The notes beneath the pieces were generated by a model that was given only the letters and a program-made list of their open reading frames with translations, was not told the DNA's origin and made no database searches. Position numbers and translations under genes: made by a program. A stretch of DNA of 64,000 nucleotides from Bacteroidota bacterium (lineage in GTDB: Bacteria > Bacteroidota > Bacteroidia > 2-12-FULL-35-15), in NCBI GenBank assembly GCA_947449315.1, contig CANFRC010000010.1:67154-131153 (forward strand), written 5' to 3'. Positions 30,153 to 40,417 of this stretch are shown here, piece after piece; the first letter of the stretch is position 1; each line of letters starts with the position of its first letter.

Positions 30153-31448
30153 TTATTTAAGAGGAATTCTTTTACCATCTTGGATGGCTATAACAAAAGC
30201 ATCCTTAAAGCCATTATTACGAAGGGTATTTTGAAGTTTTAATGCCTCATTATGGGTTTTACATTCGCCTGAGGTGTACTTATATATCCCCTTATCAATA
30301 TATTCGCCAGGCTTTTCAACCCCTTTAAATTTATCAGAATCTAAGTTTATTTTTTTATCTGATGAAGCTATCTGAACCTTGTAAATAATAGGCGAGTTTG
30401 ACGCTACTATTTCTTTTTTATCATTGCTAAGCGCTTGCGTATCCTTTTCATCTTTTTTTACTTCAACATCTGTTTTTTTATCTCCTTTATCTTTCTTATC
30501 ATCTATTCGTTTGATATTGGTTGAATCTGACGTGTCGGAATGTTTACTTTTTTTATCTGCTTCAATTAATAAAGAATCCTGTTTGCTTAATTTGTAAGGT
30601 TGTAATTTTTCAAAATCATCATCATATTTTTTGACAGTTCCTTCGATCTCATCCTTATACTGACGAAATGCCTTGAAAAGACCTGTAGCAATATATTCCT
30701 GCCCTTTTGATGAACCTAAAAAGTGTTCTTCCTCCGGATTTGTCAAGAAACCTATTTCTGTTAACACACTTGGCATGTATGTTCTCCAAAGCACCCACAA
30801 ACTGGCTCTTTTTACTCCTTTATCTACTCTCCCCGCGTTTGCTCCATATTGATTTTGAACCTTTGAAGCGAAACTCAGGCTATTATCCAAATAAACATCG
30901 TTAAACATGCTCATAATTATGTAGGATTCATCGGAATTTGGATCAAATCCTTCATATTTCTTTACATAATTGTCCTCTAATAAAATAGCCGAATTCTCTC
31001 TTTTCGCAACATCCAATTTCCCTTTTTCATTTTTAATACCCATTACATAGGTTTCTGCACCTTGAACATTATCATTACAAACATCCTTTTTCAACTTTTT
31101 ATCCCTAACACAAGCTGAATTACAATGAATACAAATAAAAAGATCTGCTTTTGCCCTGTTAGCGATCTCTGCCCGTTCCTGCAATTCAACGAAAACATCT
31201 GTTTTTCGCGTATAAACAACCTTAACATCCTTTAAATTATCTTCGATGTATTTCCCTAGTTGAAGAGCTACTGCAAGCGCAATATCCTTCTCTTTATATA
31301 TGCTACCATGACATCCAGGATCTTTACCCCCATGTCCTGCATCAATAACAACCGTTTTGATAGCAAAGGTTGGCTTGAATTTTGGTGAGAATGAGCTCAC
31401 TAAAACGGAAACAGCAGTGGTAATTACTATCAGGATTAGCTTTTTCAA
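30153..31448 (-). CDS. N-acetylmuramoyl-L-alanine amidase (Amidase_3) with a K/D-rich linker and a C-terminal SPOR domain
   Basis: VVIDAGHGGKDPG and ICIHCNS motifs. Low-complexity KKDKGDKKTDVEVKKDEKD linker. SPOR-like C-terminus (YKVQIASSDKKINL...AFVIA). Confidence 0.8.
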   Translation of the reverse strand: MKKLILIVITTAVSVLVSSFSPKFKPTFAIKTVVIDAGHGGKDPGCHGSIYKEKDIALAVALQLGKYIEDNLKDVKVVYTRKTDVFVELQERAEIANRAKADLFICIHCNSACVRDKKLKKDVCNDNVQGAETYVMGIKNEKGKLDVAKRENSAILLEDNYVKKYEGFDPNSDESYIIMSMFNDVYLDNSLSFASKVQNQYGANAGRVDKGVKRASLWVLWRTYMPSVLTEIGFLTNPEEEHFLGSSKGQEYIATGLFKAFRQYKDEIEGTVKKYDDDFEKLQPYKLSKQDSLLIEADKKSKHSDTSDSTNIKRIDDKKDKGDKKTDVEVKKDEKDTQALSNDKKEIVASNSPIIYKVQIASSDKKINLDSDKFKGVEKPGEYIDKGIYKYTSGECKTHNEALKLQNTLRNNGFKDAFVIAIQDGKRIPLK

Positions 31449-31538
31449 GATCTTTTTAGTCTAATTTAATTAACATTTTAAAACACCTAAATGTTTGCAA
31501 ACAGAAAAACTACACTTCTAACTGTCTATTATTTTAAT

Positions 31539-31546
31539 TAGTTTTG
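31539..31546 (+). promoter_or_regulatory. Candidate -7 promoter box TAGTTTTG upstream of lptD
   Basis: TAnnTTTG motif 42 nt upstream of the predicted start. Confidence 0.3.
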
Positions 31547-31587
31547 AGCCTTTACAAAAACATACAAACCAAAATTACAAGTTAAAA

Positions 31588-34119
31588 TTGCGTCTAATTT
31601 CAGTAAAATCTTTTTTTATCCTCGCTTGTTTGTTAATAACTGAAATTAGCACAGCATTAGCATTTCAGGTAATCCCTGTTACTGATACCACCCAGCAAGT
31701 TGTTGACACAATAAAAAAAACGGCACAAACGGGATCCTTCCTAAACGAAAAAGTGATATACAGTGCCACTGATTCCATGATCATAGATAAGGTCAACCAA
31801 AAAGCATACCTATTTAACAATGCCGTAGTGCTTTATGACGGGCTTAATTTAAAAGCTGGATATATTGAAATTGATTTTGGGAAGGATCTGGTATATGCAA
31901 CTACGATAAAAGACAGTTCTGGAAAAGACGTTCAAAAACCAATATTTGAGCAAGGTGAAGATAAATTTACAGCCGAAAAGATTGTCTATAATTTCAAAAC
32001 TAAAAAAGGAAAAATCACCGATGTAATCACTCAGCAAGGTGAAGGATATATTCATGGACGTGATATTAAAAAAGACACAAACAATGTGTATTATGTTGGC
32101 CATGGGAAATACACCACATGCGATCTGGAACACCCCCATTTTTATATTGGTGCAAACAAGATAAAGGTCATTCCTGATGACAAGATCGTTACAGGTCCTG
32201 CTGTATTGTGGATCGCAGATATTCCAACACCTTTGGCAATTCCATTTGGATATTTCCCTAACAAGAAAGGGCGAGCTTCAGGTATCCTTATTCCAACTTA
32301 TGGGGAATCTACTAGCTTAGGATTCTTCTTAAAAGGGGGAGGTTTTTATTTTGGAAAAAACGAACACATTGATTTGGCATTAACAGGCGATATCTATTCA
32401 AATGGGAGTTTTGGAGCACATACGCAAAGCAATTACAAAAAACGTTATAAATACAGTGGCGGGGTTAATATTAGTTACTCGAGATTTATTGAAGGTGACA
32501 AAGCTTTACCTAATGCGACAAGCAGAAATGATTTTTTCATCCGATGGAGTCATACCCAAGATCCAAAATCAAGACCAAGCAGCCGATTTTCAGCAAATGT
32601 GAATGCAGGAACCAGTTCCTACAATAAATACAACGGAAATGTAACAGGAGATTACTTATCGAACACCTTCCAATCCAATATTTCTTATTCAAAATCATTC
32701 ACGGGTACACCTTTTAACTTTTCCGCTAATGCAAGGCATAGTCAGAATACCCTCACAAAAAAAGTTGATTTGAGTTTACCAGAATTAGCATTCAACATGA
32801 ATCGAATTTATCCTTTCAAAAATAAAAACAGTACAACAAATAAATGGTACGACAAAATTGGAATCAGTGCTTCGGCTAATGCCCGCAACGATATTAATGC
32901 GTATGATACAACCTTATTTACCAACAGCACATTCACCCAAATGAAAAACGGTGTTCATTTATCGGTACCAATAAGCACATCCTTTAACGTATTAAAGTAT
33001 TTTACTTTTACACCAACCATCAATACCGGTAGTAGTATTTATTATCAAACAGTTCATAAACGTTACGACCCAACAATAAATTCGGTTCTAACAGATACGG
33101 TAACAGGAGTTAAAATAGCAAACGACTATAGTTTTACTTCCGGACTTAGTACGCGTTTATACGGTGATTACTTTTTCAAATCAAAACATTTAAAACAAAT
33201 ACGTCACGTAGCTACGCCTACCATAAGCGCTAGCTATCGGCCAGATTTTAGTGCCGCTCAATTTGGTTATTATAAAAAAATTGAAGGCGATGCTTCGGGA
33301 AATATGGCTAAATATTCCATTTTTGAAAATGGCATATACGGCTCACCTTCTTCCGGGAAATCCGGATTGATTGGCTTTAATCTGAACAACACATTAGAAG
33401 CAAAAATAAGGCACGAAACCGATTCGGGGAAGGTTGATAAAAAAGTACCTCTTTTAGAAAGTTTTAACGTGGGATTCTCATACAATCTTGCCGCAAAAAA
33501 TTACAACTGGTCGAATATTATTATAAATGGAAGAACAAAGTTATTCGGAAAACTTGATATCAATGCCGGAGCGAATCTTGATCCTTATCAAATTGATTCT
33601 TTAGGAAACAGGATTGACAAATACGAGATGGCTAATAATAGAATTGGTCGACTCGTCAGTTCCAATATTTCATTGAGCACCAATTTACGAAGCAAACAAG
33701 GAACAGGTAATAAACCAAAAACAAGCACTGCTGGCACTCCAGATGAACTTGACTACATCAATTCTCATCAGGATGCCTATGTAGATTTTAATATCCCATG
33801 GAATTTGAATATTTATTACAATTTAAATTATTCAAAGCCCGGAATAAAGGAAACTACATCGCAATCTGTTACATTTAATGGGGATCTGAGTCTGACAAAA
33901 AAATGGAAGATCAGTGTTTCTTCCGGGTATGATTTTACTCGTAAGGAAATGACCCTTACTTCAGTTAACGTATATAGAGATCTTCATTGTTGGGAAATGA
34001 GATTCAATTGGGTGCCTTTTGGCTTCCGTCAAAGTTTTTCACTTGACATAAATGTAAAATCTTCTATTTTAAAGGATCTTAAATTAAGCCGCAGAAAAGA
34101 TTACAGAGATTACCAATAA
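31588..34119 (+). CDS. lptD: LPS-assembly protein LptD (OstA) homologue
   Basis: Signal peptide. N-terminal OstA domain (AYLFNNAVVLYDGLNLKAGYIEIDF). TTCDLEHPHFYIGANKIKV junction. Long beta-barrel-like C-terminal region. Apparent TTG start. Confidence 0.6.
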   Translation: MRLISVKSFFILACLLITEISTALAFQVIPVTDTTQQVVDTIKKTAQTGSFLNEKVIYSATDSMIIDKVNQKAYLFNNAVVLYDGLNLKAGYIEIDFGKDLVYATTIKDSSGKDVQKPIFEQGEDKFTAEKIVYNFKTKKGKITDVITQQGEGYIHGRDIKKDTNNVYYVGHGKYTTCDLEHPHFYIGANKIKVIPDDKIVTGPAVLWIADIPTPLAIPFGYFPNKKGRASGILIPTYGESTSLGFFLKGGGFYFGKNEHIDLALTGDIYSNGSFGAHTQSNYKKRYKYSGGVNISYSRFIEGDKALPNATSRNDFFIRWSHTQDPKSRPSSRFSANVNAGTSSYNKYNGNVTGDYLSNTFQSNISYSKSFTGTPFNFSANARHSQNTLTKKVDLSLPELAFNMNRIYPFKNKNSTTNKWYDKIGISASANARNDINAYDTTLFTNSTFTQMKNGVHLSVPISTSFNVLKYFTFTPTINTGSSIYYQTVHKRYDPTINSVLTDTVTGVKIANDYSFTSGLSTRLYGDYFFKSKHLKQIRHVATPTISASYRPDFSAAQFGYYKKIEGDASGNMAKYSIFENGIYGSPSSGKSGLIGFNLNNTLEAKIRHETDSGKVDKKVPLLESFNVGFSYNLAAKNYNWSNIIINGRTKLFGKLDINAGANLDPYQIDSLGNRIDKYEMANNRIGRLVSSNISLSTNLRSKQGTGNKPKTSTAGTPDELDYINSHQDAYVDFNIPWNLNIYYNLNYSKPGIKETTSQSVTFNGDLSLTKKWKISVSSGYDFTRKEMTLTSVNVYRDLHCWEMRFNWVPFGFRQSFSLDINVKSSILKDLKLSRRKDYRDYQ

Positions 34120-34144
34120 AAAAAACTAAATAACAATTCATAAA

Positions 34145-34522
34145 ATGAAAGAAATAATTACATCTAAAAATGCTCCCGCACCTATTGGACCCTATAGCCA
34201 TGGTGTATTGGTTGGCAATATGCTTTTTGTGAGCGGGCAAGTAGGAAAACATCCAGGTACCGGAGAACTAATGACCTCTGATATTAAAACAGAAACAAAA
34301 CAAGTAATGGAAAATGTAAAAGGCATTTTAGCTGAAGCTGGAATGGATTTTACACATATTGCAAAAACAACCATTTTCTTGACAGACATGAACGACTTCG
34401 CTTCTGTAAATGAAATTTACGGTTCTTACTTTACGGGAAATTATCCTGCCAGGGAAACCGTTCAAGTTTCAAAGTTACCCTTAGGAGTGAATGTAGAAAT
34501 CAGTGTGATAGCCATTAAATAA
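34145..34522 (+). CDS. ridA: RidA/YjgF-family reactive-intermediate deaminase
   Basis: APAPIGPYSHGV...GQVG... and the C-terminal PARETVQVSKLPLGVNVEI. Confidence 0.85.
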   Translation: MKEIITSKNAPAPIGPYSHGVLVGNMLFVSGQVGKHPGTGELMTSDIKTETKQVMENVKGILAEAGMDFTHIAKTTIFLTDMNDFASVNEIYGSYFTGNYPARETVQVSKLPLGVNVEISVIAIK

Positions 34523-34537
34523 TAACCGCAACAAAAA

Positions 34538-34575
34538 TAAAAAAGCCTTTCCGAAGAACCGGAAAGGCTTTTTTA
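34538..34575. terminator. Bidirectional rho-independent terminator between ridA and the convergent membrane-protein gene
   Basis: AAAAGCCTTTCCG/CGGAAAGGCTTTT stem with A- and T-runs on either side. Confidence 0.7.
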
Positions 34576-34592
34576 TGTAGTAATTTATCTAA

Positions 34593-35090
34593 TTAAGACA
34601 GATGCTTTACGTTGACTGCATACATGATAATAAATGCAACACCAAATATTCCTGACATAATACCAGTTAGTCCACCTAACAAACCTCCCACAACAACAAA
34701 CGGAACTATTATTTGAATAACCTGACCTCCTGTATAGATAAAGAAACCTGTTTTTTTCATTTTCCACATCATCATTGCGCCAAGAAAAACAACTAGATTA
34801 AGCAATCCAATAATTAAGCTACTAGTTGCTTGTTTAGCAAAATAATCAGGTCCCATTCCCATCGCACTTGACATCGCTGTCATTGATTGTGCCATTTGTT
34901 CTCCAGCTTCAGATCCACTGATCGCTCCAGCCACTGCATCTGTTCCTGCTGCTAACATATGATTGCTCCACCATCCCCATAATCCAGAAATGAAGCCTAA
35001 ACCTGTGCCAATAAATGACAAAATGCATAATACTTTTAAAAACTGAGGTCTTGTAGCAGGCATTTCAGCTGCTGAGTTTGTTTGTTCCAT
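34593..35090 (-). CDS. Small polytopic membrane protein, paralogue A
   Basis: Four TM helices. MWKMKKTGFFIY motif shared with the 36004-36447 gene. Confidence 0.4.
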   Translation of the reverse strand: MEQTNSAAEMPATRPQFLKVLCILSFIGTGLGFISGLWGWWSNHMLAAGTDAVAGAISGSEAGEQMAQSMTAMSSAMGMGPDYFAKQATSSLIIGLLNLVVFLGAMMMWKMKKTGFFIYTGGQVIQIIVPFVVVGGLLGGLTGIMSGIFGVAFIIMYAVNVKHLS

Positions 35091-35277
35091 AATTGCTTGT
35101 TTTAAGTTAATAAATGAATTGGGTTAAATAATTTAAAGCTAATAAACAAAAAAAGTGGCTTAACACATATCCATGAAAACAATTCTTATCAACAATTAAT
35201 ACTGATTCATAAAAACTACAAATCAAAAAAAATCCCTCCCGAATAAACGGAAAGGATTTTATTATAAAAAAATAAAA

Positions 35278-35715
35278 TTATTTTACTTCTGATAAAGAAT
35301 CAGCAGCATTTTGAATACCTGTTGCTAAAGAATCTCCCATTTGTTGCATTCCTGTTTCCATTGCATCTTTGAATTTAGCACCAAATTCATCACCCGCTTG
35401 TTGCGCTTTTGAAATTCCCATAACCAACAACAATGTTAAAATTACAGCTACTATTCCGATAATCATACCAGCAATAGAAAGTCCTTTTTTTCCACCGGTT
35501 TTTCCTAATTTCATCATTCCCATTACACTTAAACCAGTACCAGCTAAGCATAAAAGCAACCAGAAAATACCTAAACCGTATCCACCACCAGCTAATGCTT
35601 GCAATGCTACAATTCCAGCAATAATAAAATACAATACTAGTCCTACTAATGATATTACAAATCCGGCAACTGCCATGCCTTTACCTTGCGGTGTTTGTTG
35701 TGTTGATTGTTCCAT
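35278..35715 (-). CDS. Small membrane protein with two Gly-rich TM hairpins and a C-terminal soluble helix (DUF4190-like)
   Basis: GKGMAVAGFVISLVGLVLYF and KKGLSIAGMIIGIVAVIL repeats. Confidence 0.4.
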   Translation of the reverse strand: MEQSTQQTPQGKGMAVAGFVISLVGLVLYFIIAGIVALQALAGGGYGLGIFWLLLCLAGTGLSVMGMMKLGKTGGKKGLSIAGMIIGIVAVILTLLLVMGISKAQQAGDEFGAKFKDAMETGMQQMGDSLATGIQNAADSLSEVK

Positions 35716-36003
35716 GTTTTTTTAGTTTTTAGTTTTTAGTTTTACTTGGTATCAAAAAAAGTAAAAAAAACAAAACGAAAATGTTTAGTTGGACGTATTT
35801 TATTAACAATTTAAAATAAGAATAGATTGAGTTTACGGTTAAATACACTTCGCAAACTACTTATTTACAACTATATAAATAATTAATTTTTTAAGAAAAA
35901 CAAAAGTGTTAATAATTAGATTTTTTCAATTCCCATTTTAAAAGAGAAAAATAAATTGCTGCAACTGCTTATAAAATGCCGCCCGAGGGAAGCCTGGATC
36001 TAA

Positions 36004-36447
36004 CTATTTCATTAGTTTGAAATTCATTCCATACAAACCAATAAAACCAACAGTTACGAATATTGCGGACCAACTCAATGGGATTCCTAATACGATCGTT
36101 GGAATAAACAGCAATGTTAAATTAGAAATTGCATACAAATGAAATCCTGCTTTTTTTAGTTTCCACATCAATACCGCACCTATCAAGGACCCGAACGCAA
36201 GAATAGCAGTTGGCAGGTAGTAACTCCAACCCGATTGAATTACCCTTATGCTTTCAGAGAACAACGCATCATCGTAATTCGGACTCTCTTTTAAAAAATA
36301 AATCATTTCATTTGAAAGTAAGGGGGTTAAAATAGATGAAATAACTCCTAATCCGGAAAAAACGAAGGTCAATATACATAAAATCGTTAGTCTTCTGGGA
36401 CGTATGGTTACTTCTGGCTTTTCATTGTTTACAAATTCTTCCATCAT
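36004..36447 (-). CDS. Small polytopic membrane protein, paralogue B
   Basis: MWKLKKAGFHLY motif and a TM layout that parallel 34593-35090. The track ORF starts with TTG at 36450. ATG at 36447. Confidence 0.4.
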   Translation of the reverse strand: MMEEFVNNEKPEVTIRPRRLTILCILTFVFSGLGVISSILTPLLSNEMIYFLKESPNYDDALFSESIRVIQSGWSYYLPTAILAFGSLIGAVLMWKLKKAGFHLYAISNLTLLFIPTIVLGIPLSWSAIFVTVGFIGLYGMNFKLMK

Positions 36448-36470
36448 CAAATTAGTTAAAAATTATTTCG

Positions 36471-38216
36471 TTAAAATTTATTATTGCTCCAAATTTCAAA
36501 ATTATTTTTTTGAGTATCTGAAGGACTTTTTTTCTTCACCATTTTCACAGTTTTATAAAACATATTTTCCTGTGGAGTTATTTCAACTTTTTTCACAACA
36601 CCCATCGTTGCAAAATTTATTACAAGTTTACTATTTCCAAAATAATTGCACCACTCGGCAAAATTAGTACCTGAAGCGTCTGTTTTAATTTGCATATTAT
36701 TTATGGAGATAATGTCATCATTTAAGGCTATGCCGGCCTTATCAGCAACAGAATCAAGAAAAACAGAAGTAACTTTACAAAACCCGCCAACTTCATTTAC
36801 TTTTATTCCAAGGGCATGTTCATGATATTTTGATGCTGGACTAATCTCTAAATCACATCCAATGTATTCCAAGGCTTCAAACAATATTACACTGAAATCA
36901 GCAGGTCTATTAATAAAATTAGAAAATAGGTTATCAAAGGAAACACCTGCAAAATGCTCCACAACATTTTTATAATCTAGGTCTGAATATCCTTTTCCCT
37001 TTAACGCAAACTCAGAAAACAAATAACGCATTACATCATCCAAGGTGTTTTTATTACTTGAATTTTTTCTGATGAAGATATCCGTTACAAATGCTACTAA
37101 ATTTCCTTCATCATAGATATTTGTCTTACGATTAGGAATACCGGGAGTATATCCATCAAGCCAAGTATCAAAAGACGAATCAGCTACAGACAGATTAAAT
37201 CGTCCAAAATTATCAAAGTGTTTTTGCAATCGTTCAGAAACAGTGTCTAGAAATTGTTGATCATTAAAAACGCCACAACGGTATAATAAATAATCACCAT
37301 AATAAGTTGTAACACCCTCACATACGTATCCTAGTTTAGAGTAATTTTCTTTGGTATAATCATACGGTTGCATTTCAACCGGTCGAATTGCTTTAATGTT
37401 CCATGCATGAAATAATTCATGGCAACTCACTCCAAGAAGGTCCAAATAAAGCCCTCCTTTCATCAAATTGTATCCAGGACCAAGCGCAATAACCGTAGAT
37501 GTGGTATGTTCAACACCATGATATAAACGCTGAGGCAGTATTTGAAATAAAAAATGATACTTCTCAAAAGGCGCTTTTCTCATCATTTCCAACTGATGAG
37601 TACAAAATTTAATAAAATCGTTGCTCAGTTTTGACCAATCCGGTTTGCACTCACCTTGAAACCAAAGATTGAATTCAAGCCCATTGCATACAAATTTATT
37701 ATGTTGCAAAGTTGCTGAGGCAATGAATGGAGAATCGGCTAATTCGTGATAATCTTTCGTACGAATAGTTATCTTCCCTTTTCCTCCTTCGTGTTCAGCC
37801 CCACATGCTAAAATAAAATCGGATGGCAAATTCAATTCCATTTCACACGATTCATTGATCCTTTCAGGAATATAAACGCAGCAATTTACGGGGTTCATGT
37901 ACAACTGATTCGCATCCAAAAAAGTGGAACCAGCATTTAATTCAGCAGCATAATAATTATACTTCACATGAATCTGCGAAAGACCTTTTGTTTGTACTTT
38001 CCAGCAATCTTTTGTCATTTTTTGGAACGCTAGTGGATTCCCTGACGAATCAAAAGCGGCCCATTTTTGAACATTTTTCGCAAAGTTTCCCAACTCGTAA
38101 CGTCCTGGCCGCCATGCAGGAAGTTGCACCAATGTTTCATCTTGATTTACATCCGAAACAAAAAGAATATCTACAAAATGATTGTGAGGATGTATATAAG
38201 AAACAGTATATTTCAT
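36471..38216 (-). CDS. M61-family glycyl aminopeptidase with a C-terminal PDZ domain
   Basis: HELFHAWN zinc motif with a downstream E. PDZ-like C-terminus. The track ORF starts at TTG 38240. The first ATG is at 38216 (MKYTVSY). Confidence 0.7.
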   Translation of the reverse strand: MKYTVSYIHPHNHFVDILFVSDVNQDETLVQLPAWRPGRYELGNFAKNVQKWAAFDSSGNPLAFQKMTKDCWKVQTKGLSQIHVKYNYYAAELNAGSTFLDANQLYMNPVNCCVYIPERINESCEMELNLPSDFILACGAEHEGGKGKITIRTKDYHELADSPFIASATLQHNKFVCNGLEFNLWFQGECKPDWSKLSNDFIKFCTHQLEMMRKAPFEKYHFLFQILPQRLYHGVEHTTSTVIALGPGYNLMKGGLYLDLLGVSCHELFHAWNIKAIRPVEMQPYDYTKENYSKLGYVCEGVTTYYGDYLLYRCGVFNDQQFLDTVSERLQKHFDNFGRFNLSVADSSFDTWLDGYTPGIPNRKTNIYDEGNLVAFVTDIFIRKNSSNKNTLDDVMRYLFSEFALKGKGYSDLDYKNVVEHFAGVSFDNLFSNFINRPADFSVILFEALEYIGCDLEISPASKYHEHALGIKVNEVGGFCKVTSVFLDSVADKAGIALNDDIISINNMQIKTDASGTNFAEWCNYFGNSKLVINFATMGVVKKVEITPQENMFYKTVKMVKKKSPSDTQKNNFEIWSNNKF

Positions 38217-38419
38217 GAGATCAATAATTAAAAAATTCAAACATTATTCCAATTCATAAAAATGAACCAGGCAATTAATTTTGTGACGAATTTACGAATT
38301 CATTGCATCAGAAAACATAGAATCGTAAAATCGTTTTTATTCGTACATTGAACAAAATAATTTCTTACTTTCGCAATGCACAATCAAAGTATACAATTGA
38401 ACCATTATAATTTAAAAAC

Positions 38420-39805
38420 ATGAGTTACGATTTAATAGTATTAGGAAGTGGTCCTGGAGGATATGTTGCAGCGATCAGAGCATCACAATTAGGTTTAAAA
38501 ACAGCAATCATTGAGCGCGAAAGTCTTGGTGGAATATGTTTGAATTGGGGGTGCATCCCTACAAAAGCCTTATTGAAAAGTGCTCAGGTATTTGAATATT
38601 TAAATCATGCTGCTGATTACGGCATTACTGTAAAAGGTGGGGAAGCGGATTTTCCTGCAGTTGTAAAACGCAGCAGAGATGTTGCGGAAGGAATGAGTAA
38701 GGGTGTTCAATTCTTATTGAAAAAAAATAAAATTGACGTTATTAATGGAAATGGTAAAATAAAAGCCGGCAAAAAAATAGATGTTACTGCTGACGGGAAA
38801 ACAACTACCTATGAAGCAAAACATATTATCATAGCTACTGGAGCGCGTTCACGTGTGCTACCAAATTTACCGCAAGATGGTAAAAAAATAATTGGCTACC
38901 GCGAAGCCTTAACATTACCAAAAATGCCTAAATCTTTGGTTGTTGTAGGTTCAGGAGCCATTGGAAGCGAATTCGCTTATTTTTATGCAACTATGGGAAC
39001 AAAAGTAACATTGGTTGAATTTATGCCAAGTATTGTTCCTGTTGAAGATGCTGAAATATCAAAACAACTGGAGCGCTCTTTCAAAAAAATGGGAATTGAT
39101 GTGATGACCGAAGCAAACGTTGAAAGTGTTGATACAAAAGGAGCAGATTGTAAAGTGAAGATCAAAACAAAAGCGGGAGAAAAAATTATAGAAGCTGAGA
39201 TGGTGCTTTCTGCAGTTGGAATCCAGGCTAATATTGAAAATATTGGTTTAGAAGAAACAGGTATTGCAACAGACAAAGGAAAGATTCTTACAAACCCTTA
39301 CTATCAGACAAACATCCCAGGTTATTATGCAATTGGAGATTGTGTTGGTGGTCAAGCTCTTGCTCATGTTGCCAGTGCGGAAGGTATCATTTGTGTTGAA
39401 AAAATTGCTGGTCATCACCCTGAGGCATTAGATTACAATAACATTCCTGGATGTACTTATTCTCAACCCGAAATTGCATCGGTTGGATATACTGAAGCAA
39501 AAGCGAAAGAAGCTGGATTTGAATTAAAGATTGGTAAATTTCCTTTTTCTGCAAGTGGAAAAGCAAGTGCAGCAGGAGCAAAAGATGGATTTGTAAAATT
39601 GATCTTCGACGCAAAATATGGTGAATTATTAGGCGCTCATATGATTGGAGCAAATGTGACCGAAATGATCGCAGAGATTGTAGCAATTCGCAAATTGGAA
39701 ACAACAGGACATGAATTAATTAAGACTGTTCATCCTCATCCTACCATGAGTGAAGCTATTATGGAAGCTGCTGCTGCTGCGTATGGTGAAGTAATCCATA
39801 TGTAG
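38420..39805 (+). CDS. lpdA: Dihydrolipoyl dehydrogenase
   Basis: LGSGPGGYVAA FAD motif. GGICLNWGCIPTK redox disulfide. GSGAIGSEFA NAD motif. HPHPT at the C-terminus. Confidence 0.9.
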   Translation: MSYDLIVLGSGPGGYVAAIRASQLGLKTAIIERESLGGICLNWGCIPTKALLKSAQVFEYLNHAADYGITVKGGEADFPAVVKRSRDVAEGMSKGVQFLLKKNKIDVINGNGKIKAGKKIDVTADGKTTTYEAKHIIIATGARSRVLPNLPQDGKKIIGYREALTLPKMPKSLVVVGSGAIGSEFAYFYATMGTKVTLVEFMPSIVPVEDAEISKQLERSFKKMGIDVMTEANVESVDTKGADCKVKIKTKAGEKIIEAEMVLSAVGIQANIENIGLEETGIATDKGKILTNPYYQTNIPGYYAIGDCVGGQALAHVASAEGIICVEKIAGHHPEALDYNNIPGCTYSQPEIASVGYTEAKAKEAGFELKIGKFPFSASGKASAAGAKDGFVKLIFDAKYGELLGAHMIGANVTEMIAEIVAIRKLETTGHELIKTVHPHPTMSEAIMEAAAAAYGEVIHM

Positions 39806-39832
39806 AAAGCATTCCTCTTTATAAATAAAAAA

Positions 39833-39866
39833 ATCCTTCTTCATACCTGAAGAAGGATTTTTTATT
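39833..39866 (+). terminator. Rho-independent terminator after lpdA
   Basis: ATCCTTCTTCA-TACC-TGAAGAAGGAT hairpin followed by TTTTTTATTTT. Confidence 0.8.
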
Positions 39867-40271
39867 TTAGAAAATGATGTTATTCTTTTGATCTCTTAAC
39901 CATTCTAACGCTGATTTTTCATCAGAGAACAGCCTTGTTTTAGCAATCGGTTTATGAAATTGTATAATAAAATTACCTACGAGCCTATTCGCTGTGGAAT
40001 TAACAACGATTGCTTGTGCGACCATGTTTTTCTGCGCTTCAGCTGTTGAACCCCACTCTCTTGATTCTTTGCTCACAAAAAATGCTTCTCGCGCATCGAT
40101 CAATGCCACAAATTTTTTCCCATTGGTAATCTCCAGTGATACCTTTTGCATTAATTTCGATTCGCTTAGATCTATTTCGCAATTTGCTAAAAGCTGGATA
40201 CTCAAAACCCCATCTTCTAACACCGAAAATTTAGCACACTTTGTGAAAACAGGGTTACGTGAATCAAACAT
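39867..40271 (-). CDS. Hypothetical protein (134 aa, soluble)
   Basis: ATG-initiated ORF with no recognisable motif. Confidence 0.35.
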   Translation of the reverse strand: MFDSRNPVFTKCAKFSVLEDGVLSIQLLANCEIDLSESKLMQKVSLEITNGKKFVALIDAREAFFVSKESREWGSTAEAQKNMVAQAIVVNSTANRLVGNFIIQFHKPIAKTRLFSDEKSALEWLRDQKNNIIF

Positions 40272-40417
40272 CCTATTTATTTATCTCAACTTATTTATAA
40301 ATCCAATCAGAGTAGCTAATATAACAACAAGGTTTTAATTGTCAAATTTTTAACAACATAAAAAAGATAGTATTAAAAATATTCACTGAAGGACTTACGA
40401 TTAAGAAACTGAAAAGC

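Noticed and set aside
35720-35745. tttttag x3 tandem repeat, considered as a possible CRISPR or regulatory repeat
   Set aside because: Only three 7-nt units and no spacers, far too short for a CRISPR array. It is probably just an A-rich untranslated leader abutting the start codon of the 35278-35715 gene. Mentioned only inside the membrane-trio finding.
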